Virus record (IMG/VR): IMGVR_UViG_3300037502_000519
Coordinates: 1,039 to 65,038 of that record
Reading direction: 5' to 3' (one strand)
Length of the DNA stretch: 64,000 bases
Origin: a virus
Lineage: Duplodnaviria > Caudoviricetes
How positions within the stretch are numbered: the stretch's first letter is position 1; the number at the start of each line of letters is the position of its first letter. Shown here piece after piece: positions 46,077-55,400 of the stretch. A program made the position numbers and the translations under genes. The notes under the pieces are model-generated. The model was not told the DNA's origin. It made no database searches and saw only the letters and a list, made by a program, of their open reading frames with translations.

Positions 46077-46750
46077 TGGGGATGATCAAGTTTAAGTCCC
46101 CTGCCCTACCGCTCCCCCGTGAGTTGTATAACCGGCAGTATTTTGATCAGTTCATTCGCGTACTAACTCTTTACTTCAACCAGCTAGACTCCACTACCCC
46201 GCTAGAGGCAGAATACTTTTTAGGTGGTGGCTGGGCGTTAACAAACCCACACATCGCCGCATCTGACAGCACAGACCAGATTGCTGGGGGCAACAATACG
46301 CCTACGGTCGTTAACTGGAATACACTGGACTCTGGGTTTGGTTGGACTTTAGCCGCACCGGGTACTGCTACAGCAGAGTACGCTGGGGTGTACAAAATTA
46401 CGTTTAGTTTGCAATTCATCAATACCGCTAATGCTGTTCATTACGCTACCGTGTGGTTGAAGGTTAACGGCAGTGATGTAGCTAATTCAGCCACAATCTT
46501 CACAGTACCGGCTCGTAAAAGTTCTAGCCCTGGTGAAGAAGGGTACTTGGCGGCGTATTCAGAAATAACGTTTACGGTAAATGCTGGAGACGATATTGAG
46601 CTTTACTGGGCTACAGACTTAGCGGGTAATCCAACTACACCGACTGATGGGGTGTATATCTTCCACGATGCCGCACAGACTAGCCCTTACGCCCGACCCG
46701 CCATACCGTCAGCCATAGGGTCGATTACTTTTGTGTCGGCTATTCCCTGA
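46076..46750 (+). CDS. Virion protein with C1q/BclA-like beta domain
   Basis: P.LP....Y......Q....L.LYFNQLD; GVY.I.FSLQ...W...NG...GD.IEL.W. Confidence 0.6.
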   Translation: MGMIKFKSPALPLPRELYNRQYFDQFIRVLTLYFNQLDSTTPLEAEYFLGGGWALTNPHIAASDSTDQIAGGNNTPTVVNWNTLDSGFGWTLAAPGTATAEYAGVYKITFSLQFINTANAVHYATVWLKVNGSDVANSATIFTVPARKSSSPGEEGYLAAYSEITFTVNAGDDIELYWATDLAGNPTTPTDGVYIFHDAAQTSPYARPAIPSAIGSITFVSAIP

Positions 46751-46777
46751 ACCTTGATTAAACCTTAAAATACTGCT

Positions 46778-48472
46778 ATGAACGGACTCCCAGCCATTGC
46801 CAGCAATCTTGCCTCCTACGGTCGCAACGGCGACTCGATGCTCGTCCACATGACCCCAGGAGAAGTCAATGGCCTCCAAGCCCTAGCGCTTGCGCATGGT
46901 GGGTCACTTAGCATTAACCCTGATACTGGGTTAGTAGAAGCTAACTTCTTAAAACGTATTCTCCCCGCGCTGGCTGGGGCTGCATTAACAATCGGATCTG
47001 GTGGCGTAATTAACCCATTTACCGCTGGCATGATCGTTGGCGGGGTAGAAACTGCGCGTACCGGTGATATTGGCAAGGGCTTTCTGGCTGGCTTGGGTGC
47101 GTATGGTGGCGCGGGTCTGGGTGCTGGGGTAAGCGCGGCTGGCGCAACGGCTGCACCTACTACAGCGGTACCCGCTGTAGATCCGACTGTAGCGGCGGCA
47201 CAAACTGGTACGGAAGCGACCATAGCCTCTCAACCTGCCGCTAGTTACGCAGGCGGCAATCTTGCTGGCACCACTACCACAACCGCTGCTACAGCACCGA
47301 CATCGTCTGTTGGGGCTAACTTTGCACAAGCAGGTCGTGGTTTTGAGGCTCTGGGTACAGAAACGGGCCGCACGGCTTTTATCGGCACACCAGCCCAAGC
47401 AGCAACACCTACTACAGCGGCTGCACCGTCAACGGGGGTGGGTGGGTATTCTGGGCTTGCTAAGTCCACGATGGCTGCGGCTGCACCGGCTATGATTGAA
47501 GAACCCGCTCCCCCACCAGCGCCAGAAGATCCATACGCCAACTACAAAGGCCCGGTTAAACCTTCTGAGCGTGCAATCATGTACCCAGATGATGACCGTC
47601 GTCGCCGTGGCGTTACAAGTGAGTTTACGTACTTCACCCCGTCTAACCCCATCCCCTACGCTGATGGTGGTGCGGTGTCGCCCCAGGCACAGGTTATGCA
47701 GAACATCGCCAACGTGCAGCAGATGGCAGGTATCCCAGCGTTAGGGGCACCGTTCATGGGCACACCTCCTGCGGCAGCGCCTGCTGCCCCCCGTGAAGGG
47801 TTAGTCTACAACCCCATCCCCACCAACCGCACTGAGATGATCTATAACCCCGTGGCGTATAAAAACGTAGCCATCCCTGCACGGGAGTCCGGGTATGGGT
47901 TTAAACCCATTGAAGTCACAGGTATGCCAGATGATTTAGATGAGCTATACCAAGATGGAAACGTGTTTGCACGGATGGCAAGAAAAATGATGCCTGGTGG
48001 GGGCAATATACCTGGCCCACGCGTGCAGTACGAATATGATGCTATAACACAGACATTGCGCCCTACACAAGCGTATCTTGACGCTATCGAAGCACGTCGC
48101 CAAGAAAAAGCCGCAGAAGAAGCAGCCGCCGCTGATGCTGCGGCAGCAAGCACTTCTATGGGTGGATTTAACCAAGGCGGTTCAGTCCCCACGCTAGAAG
48201 AAGGTGGGTTTGTGCTCACCAAAAAAGCTGTCGATGGGCTGGGTAAAGGCAACAACAAGAAGGGCCAGAAAGCCGCCCAGGCTGGTCTAGGCGCTATCCC
48301 CATCAAAGGTAAAGGTACCGGTACCAGCGATTCGATCCGCACCACCATTGCAGGCAGACAACCCGCGCTGGTCTCTAACGGCGAAGCCTATGTCCCCGCT
48401 AGGAAGGTAAAAGAAAACGGCGGTGCCAAGGCGTTCTATGCGCTGATGCGTCGTGCTGAGAAAGCCGCGTAG
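46778..48472 (+). CDS. Internal virion (ejection-type) protein
   Basis: GR.GD..LVH..P.E...INP.TGL.EA; G.GTGTSDSI...S.GE..V; A/G-rich. Confidence 0.6.
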   Translation: MNGLPAIASNLASYGRNGDSMLVHMTPGEVNGLQALALAHGGSLSINPDTGLVEANFLKRILPALAGAALTIGSGGVINPFTAGMIVGGVETARTGDIGKGFLAGLGAYGGAGLGAGVSAAGATAAPTTAVPAVDPTVAAAQTGTEATIASQPAASYAGGNLAGTTTTTAATAPTSSVGANFAQAGRGFEALGTETGRTAFIGTPAQAATPTTAAAPSTGVGGYSGLAKSTMAAAAPAMIEEPAPPPAPEDPYANYKGPVKPSERAIMYPDDDRRRRGVTSEFTYFTPSNPIPYADGGAVSPQAQVMQNIANVQQMAGIPALGAPFMGTPPAAAPAAPREGLVYNPIPTNRTEMIYNPVAYKNVAIPARESGYGFKPIEVTGMPDDLDELYQDGNVFARMARKMMPGGGNIPGPRVQYEYDAITQTLRPTQAYLDAIEARRQEKAAEEAAAADAAAASTSMGGFNQGGSVPTLEEGGFVLTKKAVDGLGKGNNKKGQKAAQAGLGAIPIKGKGTGTSDSIRTTIAGRQPALVSNGEAYVPARKVKENGGAKAFYALMRRAEKAA

Positions 48473-49371
48473 TGGAACTACAGATAAACACGTTGTGGAT
48501 TGAGAGACTTTTAAAGAAGCCTTTCCACAAGCACTGTCTGTTGGGTGATAAGCGGTTTTTTGACCCCTACTACTTTCCTGTTGCTAAAGAACTGGAAAAT
48601 AACTTTGCAGTAGTACAGGCTGAACTTAAAGAAATTCTAAAGCGTTACGATGACTTTGCGCCGTTTCAAAGTATTTCGCCAGATCAAACGTATATCTCTA
48701 ACGATGACAAGTGGCGAATGTTCTTTTTTAAAGCGGCTGGCGTAAATTTTGGGCGTAATCAAGATTTTGCTCCTGAGACGTTTAAGATTCTGAATAAGCA
48801 CAAAGATGTCATATCTGCGTACATTTCTGTTCTAGGACCAAAAAAGATGTTGATGCCCCATGAAGGTCCGTGGTCTGGCATCCTGCGTATGCACTTAGGA
48901 GTTGTTATCCCAGGTGATAGACAGTGCACATTGGTAAACGGCGGCGAAAAATACCATTGGCAAGAAGGTAAGACGGTTTTGTTTGACGATACCTATGAGC
49001 ACATTGCCGTAAACGAGACAGATACAATCCGTGCAATACTGTTTTTAGATGTAATGCGCCCGTTGCCCCAACCCTGGAAGTTCATAAATTGGGCAGTGTT
49101 GCGTACGTCTGTTCTGTTTCCATATATTTGGGTACCGTACTTTCGACATAAACGCTGGGAAAAGAAATTTTACGGAGAAGGCAAATGCAATGCACTATGG
49201 TCCCCCGCGACTTTGTTCATCAAGTTTGGGAACAAGTTAAAGAGTATCTTGCGGGGGCTGCGGAATACACTCATGGGCGTTACGATGTGGATGACATCTA
49301 TGATGCAATCATGGACTACGACCACACGCTTTGGGTTGCGTTTACCGAACAAGGGATCAAAGGGGCCGTAG
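48472..49371 (+). CDS. Aspartyl/asparaginyl beta-hydroxylase (AspH/LpxO-like 2OG oxygenase)
   Basis: PHEGP..G.LR.HLG...W.EG....FDDTYEH.A.N......R..LF.D..RP. Confidence 0.85.
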   Translation: MELQINTLWIERLLKKPFHKHCLLGDKRFFDPYYFPVAKELENNFAVVQAELKEILKRYDDFAPFQSISPDQTYISNDDKWRMFFFKAAGVNFGRNQDFAPETFKILNKHKDVISAYISVLGPKKMLMPHEGPWSGILRMHLGVVIPGDRQCTLVNGGEKYHWQEGKTVLFDDTYEHIAVNETDTIRAILFLDVMRPLPQPWKFINWAVLRTSVLFPYIWVPYFRHKRWEKKFYGEGKCNALWSPATLFIKFGNKLKSILRGLRNTLMGVTMWMTSMMQSWTTTTRFGLRLPNKGSKGP

Positions 49372-49616
49372 TAACAAACATCATGCACTATCCAAAGAAG
49401 AAGTATTTGGTTATGGTTTTTTGTGGTGGAGTTGAACTAGATACGTGGAAAGACCCGATGCTTAAATTGCTACAGCATTACGCACATGACACACAATGTG
49501 ATGGGGTTGAAGCCACAGCGCGGTTAGGATGGACAAAAATTTTTAGGAACGATGGGCATGTTCCTTTGTGGCAAACTTTTCAGTTACCTGCGGCTGACGC
49601 AGGGTTAGGGGCATAA
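49185..49616 (+). CDS. Conserved virion-module protein (acetyltransferase-like fold)
   Basis: SD GGAG; LWV...GA.VT....YP...GG......W...C..VE...R.GW. Confidence 0.65.
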   Translation: MQCTMVPRDFVHQVWEQVKEYLAGAAEYTHGRYDVDDIYDAIMDYDHTLWVAFTEQGIKGAVVTNIMHYPKKKYLVMVFCGGVELDTWKDPMLKLLQHYAHDTQCDGVEATARLGWTKIFRNDGHVPLWQTFQLPAADAGLGA

Positions 49617-49617
49617 A

Positions 49618-50820
49618 ATGGGTAAAGGTGGCGGCGGCGGAGCGCCTGCGCAACAAACAGTAACGCAGACTAACCTACCAGAATACGCACGTCCGTATTT
49701 TGAAAATCTCCTTGAGCGTGCGCAGGCTGAATCGTATCGTGGCTACACGCCGTACGAAGGCGAGCGGTTGCAAGGCTTTACGCCAGCGCAGCTTGCTGTT
49801 CAACAAGAAACAATGGGGATGCAGACACCCGGTCAATACGGGGTCGGTACCGGCTTAGCCGGATCTGGGGGGATAGGTTCCCTGGCTATGGGCCAACAAG
49901 CCGCACAGACTGGTATGGGTGGTCTAGGGTACGGTGCTATGGGGGCCGGATACGGTGCGCAGGGTGCTGGTATGGGGCAGGAAGGCGCTATGTACGGCGG
50001 TATGGGTGCAGGGATTGGCGCACAGGCTGCAAACATTGGTACAGATTATTTCGGGGCGGCAACCAGTCCCGCTGCCATCCAAGCCCTAGCATCGCCATAT
50101 ATGCAGGGTGTTGTAGATATTCAGCAACGTAAAGCCATTGACGCGCAACGGCAAGCTCAATTAGGTGCAAACCTTGGTGCCGCACGCACGGGTACATATG
50201 GTGGTGCTCGACAGGCGGTACTACAAGGCACACGTGAAGCAGGGCTGCGTCAGCAGCTTGGTGACATCCAAGCGCAGGGGCTACAGTCTGCCTACGATCA
50301 GGCTATGAAAAGCCTACAGTTTGGTTCCGAACTTGGGTTGCGGGGGTACCAGACGGGTATTCAAGGTGCACAGACAGGTATTGCTGGATCTCAGGCTGGT
50401 ATGGAAGGTGCGCGGGTGGGTATCCAAGGCGCACAGGCGGGGATGCAAGGAATTCAGACGGGTTTACAAGGACTCCAAACGGGACTTCAGGGCGCACAGC
50501 AAGCCACGCAAGCTGGCACTGCCCTGGCTAATATTGGTACAGCAGAACAAGAGTCTAACCTTCGTCGCCTGCAAGCGCAGTCTGCGGTGGGTGCCGAACA
50601 GCGTGCGCTGGAGCAACAGATTCTTGACCAACAGTATGCAGACTTCTTGCGTCAGCGCGACTATCCGATGGAACAGCTTGGGTACTACAGTAACCTGATG
50701 CGTGGTATGCCGATCCAGTTGGGTTCGACTGCTACAACATATCAACAACCGCCATCTGCTTTATCACAGGTTGGTGGTGCAGGACTAAGCCTGTTGGCAC
50801 TTCAAAAGTTATTGGGGTAA
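49618..50820 (+). CDS. DNA pilot / ejection-type protein with G/Q heptad repeats
   Basis: MG.GGGG...LPEY..PY; SPY.Q.V; G.YGG.RQ; Y..F..Q..YP. Confidence 0.6.
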   Translation: MGKGGGGGAPAQQTVTQTNLPEYARPYFENLLERAQAESYRGYTPYEGERLQGFTPAQLAVQQETMGMQTPGQYGVGTGLAGSGGIGSLAMGQQAAQTGMGGLGYGAMGAGYGAQGAGMGQEGAMYGGMGAGIGAQAANIGTDYFGAATSPAAIQALASPYMQGVVDIQQRKAIDAQRQAQLGANLGAARTGTYGGARQAVLQGTREAGLRQQLGDIQAQGLQSAYDQAMKSLQFGSELGLRGYQTGIQGAQTGIAGSQAGMEGARVGIQGAQAGMQGIQTGLQGLQTGLQGAQQATQAGTALANIGTAEQESNLRRLQAQSAVGAEQRALEQQILDQQYADFLRQRDYPMEQLGYYSNLMRGMPIQLGSTATTYQQPPSALSQVGGAGLSLLALQKLLG

Positions 50821-50823
50821 ATC

Positions 50824-52458
50824 ATGGGTCCAAACATAATTCAGCAAGAAAACCGTATGCGTCGTATTGAGGACGATGCTTTAGTTCAGAAACTTAGGCA
50901 AATGACCCAAATGGGGCAGGTTGGTACCCTAGATTATCTGATGACTGCCGGTGAGATCCAGTCACGCAAAGATGCGCGTGCAAAGGCTGCGGTAGGGCAA
51001 GGTAACCCCACACCTGTTATTGCTGACTTGTTGACCGGTGGCGCTATGCCTCCGCAGATGCCGATGCTGCCCGAGAACGCTGGTGGTGTCGCTGCCCTCC
51101 CCGCTCCCAACATGGACAACGTGGCTGAGATGGCGGCTGGTGGACTGGTGGCGTTTGAAAAAGGTGGGATAACGCTGTCTGACGTTATGCGGCAAGCTAC
51201 TATGGACGAGCGTCGTTACTATCAACAGACAGGGCAGCTACCTAGTCGCCTTCAACAAATGCTTCGCGGAGAAACCGAACCTCCTGCTGCGCCCACCGGT
51301 CCCGGTAGGCAGACGTCATTTGTGGATGGCCTAGATCTACCCCCCGCACGGTTCTCGGATACGCAGCGGTTTTATCCTGGGATAGCGCCGCTTGTACAGC
51401 GGCAGCAAAATGAACCAACGTTTACACCATCCGTTACAGGCATGCCAACTGGCACCGCTGATTTTCGCGCACAGATGCGGCAAGCCGACAATGCAGGGTT
51501 AGCTGCGTTAGCTCAACAGGCAGGCCCACAACAAGCGGGAGCACAGCAGGCTGGAGCGCAACAAGGACAACCGCAAGTACAGCCAGCAGGTGTTGCACCT
51601 GGTATGGCGGCTGTACCGCCACTCAGCGTTAGTGGAGCGCTTGACCAAGGTGTTGCAGCGGCAAAAGGACTTATGGGAGAAGCGCCCAAAGTTCCTGAAA
51701 AAGCGAGTCTTGAAGACATCAAGAAAGCCTACACAGACGAGCAGCAGCTTTTCAAGGACTTAGGTATTGCCGACCCGACGCAGATGCGGCGTGATCAACT
51801 AGAAAAAGAGATCGCAAGCGCTAAATCTGACAAAGAACAAGCAGGGTGGATGCGGCTTGCCGAGTTTGGTTTTAACTGGGCGTCGCAGAACGGACCCGCA
51901 TTACAGGCAGCGGCAAAAGCAGGTGCAGCAGTTATGCCGGGGCTAATGTCTGATCTTAAAGACCTTCGTAAAGTTGAACGTGACCAGCAGAAAGAACTGG
52001 CGGGTATTGCCGCGCTGGATGCCCAGTCTAAACGTGATATGACTGCCAAAGCCAGAGATCGGTTAAATTCTGAGCGCGCACGGGCAGAAGATCGTCTTGA
52101 TAACTACAACAAACAACTTGCTACTATTGGCGCTTCTCTTGGCGGTCAGGCATTAAACAGTCAGACCCAGAGGGATATTGCAAATCTGCAAGCATCTACG
52201 CAACGTGATATTGCCGGTATGCAAGCCAGTGCGCTTAAAGACGAGCGTGAGTTGGCCCGTAAAGATGCCCGTGCCAAAGTGGCGTTGGAATCCGCAGAAG
52301 AAGCTGCACGAGACATTACAGATCCGACTGAGAAATCGCAGGCAATTAAGCGATACTTCCGTGAGTTCTACTCAGCCGCATATGGAGGCGGTGCTACGGC
52401 GGCACCTAGGGCACAGGGTAAAGTTGTTAACGGAGTCTACGTACCGGCAGGTAATTAA
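50824..52458 (+). CDS. Internal virion protein
   Basis: A/Q-rich helical; MAAGGLVAFEKGG motif; precedes the giant protein. Confidence 0.6.
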   Translation: MGPNIIQQENRMRRIEDDALVQKLRQMTQMGQVGTLDYLMTAGEIQSRKDARAKAAVGQGNPTPVIADLLTGGAMPPQMPMLPENAGGVAALPAPNMDNVAEMAAGGLVAFEKGGITLSDVMRQATMDERRYYQQTGQLPSRLQQMLRGETEPPAAPTGPGRQTSFVDGLDLPPARFSDTQRFYPGIAPLVQRQQNEPTFTPSVTGMPTGTADFRAQMRQADNAGLAALAQQAGPQQAGAQQAGAQQGQPQVQPAGVAPGMAAVPPLSVSGALDQGVAAAKGLMGEAPKVPEKASLEDIKKAYTDEQQLFKDLGIADPTQMRRDQLEKEIASAKSDKEQAGWMRLAEFGFNWASQNGPALQAAAKAGAAVMPGLMSDLKDLRKVERDQQKELAGIAALDAQSKRDMTAKARDRLNSERARAEDRLDNYNKQLATIGASLGGQALNSQTQRDIANLQASTQRDIAGMQASALKDERELARKDARAKVALESAEEAARDITDPTEKSQAIKRYFREFYSAAYGGGATAAPRAQGKVVNGVYVPAGN

Positions 52459-55400
52459 ATGCGCACAATTCAAGTTCCTGGCTACGGCCCAGTTAAGTTC
52501 CCGGAAAGCATGTCAGATGAGGAAATTGCGCTTGCAATTGAAGAAGACATACTGCCGAACATAAAACCGCCCAAGGAAGGTATTGGGGCTGCGTTTACCG
52601 GTGGCCTAAAGCGGATGGCGTCAACAGCGGGTACTGGCCTAGAAGCGCTACTGTCCCCTGAAGAAGCAGCTAAACAAGGTCTTGCTAGATCTGAAGCCAT
52701 TGGACGAGAGTACGCCCCCGGTGCTAGTTTAGATGCGGTAAAGAAAGCATACGCTGAACGTGGGCTGCTAGGTGGTGCTGGTGAAGTTATTAGTCAGATC
52801 CCCACTGCCCTGGCTGAGCAGGTTCCGCAGATTGCTGCCACGTTAGGTAGCGCCAAGCTCGGCGCTATGGCTGGTACGGCGGTCATGCCTGGTGTTGGTA
52901 CGCTCATCGGCGGTGGTATTGGTGCTGTTGCGCCATCCCTGTTACAGCTTTTTGGTTCCAACATTGAGCGTCAAGCCGCAGAAGGTGCGCCTGAGATTTC
53001 TCGTGGGGCTGCTGCCGCTGCTGCTATTCCTGGTGCCGCGCTTGAAGCCGCATCAACTTTTGTGCCGTTGGGCAAATCTATAGTAGGGAAACTACTAGGG
53101 CCAGCCGCAGAAGAGTACTTTAAACGTGGGGCAACGGAAGCCACCGAAGCGGTGGCCCAAGAAAGCCTGAAGAAAGTTTTAGCAAAAGGCGCGGCAGTCG
53201 GTGCTGCCGTAGAGATCCCCACAGAGATTACCCAGCAGATGCTAGAGCGTCTACAAGCGGGACTACCCCTTACTACTGATGATGCGTTAGCAGAATACGG
53301 TGAAGCCGCGTATGGCGCTGGGCTTGTGGGCGCTCCGTTTGGTGCGGCTGGTCGTGCAGGCCAGCGGTCTATTGCTCGTGGCGAGATTGAGGCAGAAGAA
53401 GAGAAGGTTAGGTCAGAAGCGCTTGCCCGTGAAGCCGAAGAAGAAAAAGCACGGCTCGTATCGCCGGAGTACCGGCAAGAGTTGAACGCCCAGATGGTAG
53501 AGAAGAAAGACCAACTTCGGCAGTTGGAAGCGCTTCTTAAAGACAAGACCGTAGACGAAGACGTACGGACAGAAGCCAAAGATACTGCAAAGACGTTGCG
53601 CAGAGAGCTTGGTGAACTCGACGCAAAGATGAAAGCGTCGATGAAAGAAGCCGGTATAGCCCCGACTATGGAAGGCACGCTGGCACGTAAACAGCGTGTA
53701 GAAGCCCAAGAACAAACCGTCACAGACGAGTTTGGCAATATTGTCAAGGTTAAAGGCAAACCCATTACCGCAGAAGAAGAGGCGGAAGGGTACGAGCGGC
53801 AATCCGAAGCTGTGCTTGCAGACTTTAGGGAGCGTGAAGAAGCCCTTGAGCGTTTACGGGAGAAGGAACGCCAAGAAAAAATCAAGAAAGACGAAGAACT
53901 CCAGGCTGGCGTAAAGACTTTCTTACAACAAACAGAGGAGATGGCGGAACTAGAACCCGGCGCTGCTGTTGCTACCCGTGAGTTGGCAGAAAAAAGGCGT
54001 ACAGAAAAAGATCAAGCCGCCGCCCAAGAGATGACGCTGAATCGTATCCAGCTTGTTCTGGATAAGTTTGGTTTACGCGCTGCTGGTGTGCCGCAAGAAC
54101 AGCGTCTGGACATTGAAAACAAGATAAACGAAGGCCGGGTAGACCGGACTGTTACTAACGTACTTGGAATAAAAGGTTTAGGTGGGCGTACTGTCTCGGC
54201 GACTGATGCACTGCCAAACATTCAAACGCGTATCCAAGAGTTAGAAGACCGGCGGCAAAAAGCGATTACCACCAAAGACCCGTTGATGTTGGATAACGGA
54301 CAGCTTACGGACAAAGGGTATGACCTTGTTGCAACAGAAGCAAAACTCAACGAGCTTCGCCGTTTACAGACTGTTGCGCAGTCCCAGGCCCCCACAGAAA
54401 CGCCTACTGAAACCGGTATGGTTGGGCAGTTAGAAGCTGCTACCCAGGCCAAGGCAGAGGCTTTGGCAGTACCAGAAGCGCAGGGGCTACCCAAGTCAGC
54501 CTACGCAGGTCGTATAGATGGCGCTAACAAAGCGGCGGGGCGTGCGTTTACCGACCTTCTGTCCTATATGGACGACTACAGAGCCGGTCGGTTCTTTGGC
54601 GAGGGCGCTGCTCCTGGGCAGCTTGGGCTGGCAAGTTCTACGCGTGAGGGTTTACTGACCCAATCTAATGAGATGCGTAAGAACGTTGTTGACGCAGTGA
54701 TCCAAGAAGCCGCGCTCATGCGTGGACAGCAGGGTTTACGCCCTCTTACCCGTGACGAAGCCATTGGCCTTGGTGTTAGGGTTGATGAGATTCTGCAAGA
54801 GATCATTACGCGCAGTACCGCGTTACCCAGCCGCGCGTCTCTAAAAGAAGTCACGATCTCCCCTGCACAGATGCGGGGTACAGAGATCATTAAGTCTGCC
54901 AAAACTGCTTTGGTTGACCCGCGCCCCCTGGCTGAGCGCCAGTTTGGCAACCCACGCCGTGCTATTGAGGTGCTTGCAGAGGCCATTAAACAGGCAAAAG
55001 AGCAGACCGTAGCGGAAGGCAAACGCACTGTTCGGGCTGAGCGCCCAGTTCTGCGTCAACAATTCCAGGGGTACCAGCCAGCAGAAAGCCGGTTTGCCCA
55101 GGGCGACCGTCTTGTAGATCAAATTGCCCAGATTCTTCGTACGGCTGATGCCGATTCTGCATTTGCTAAGACGCTTGATGATGCGGCAACCCTGATTGCT
55201 AACGAAGATGTGAACCCCACATTTTTAAATACCGTAGATGAACAGGTGGGCCGCATCCTACGTGGCACCGATAAGCCTGATGATTCTGCTGCGCTGATTG
55301 CCGACATCCAAAAAGACATGGACCAGCAGCGTGCGCTACGTGCGTATGTTGAAGATACTGGTGCCCAGGCCGAGATGTTCCCTGAGACAAAAGGCACCAT

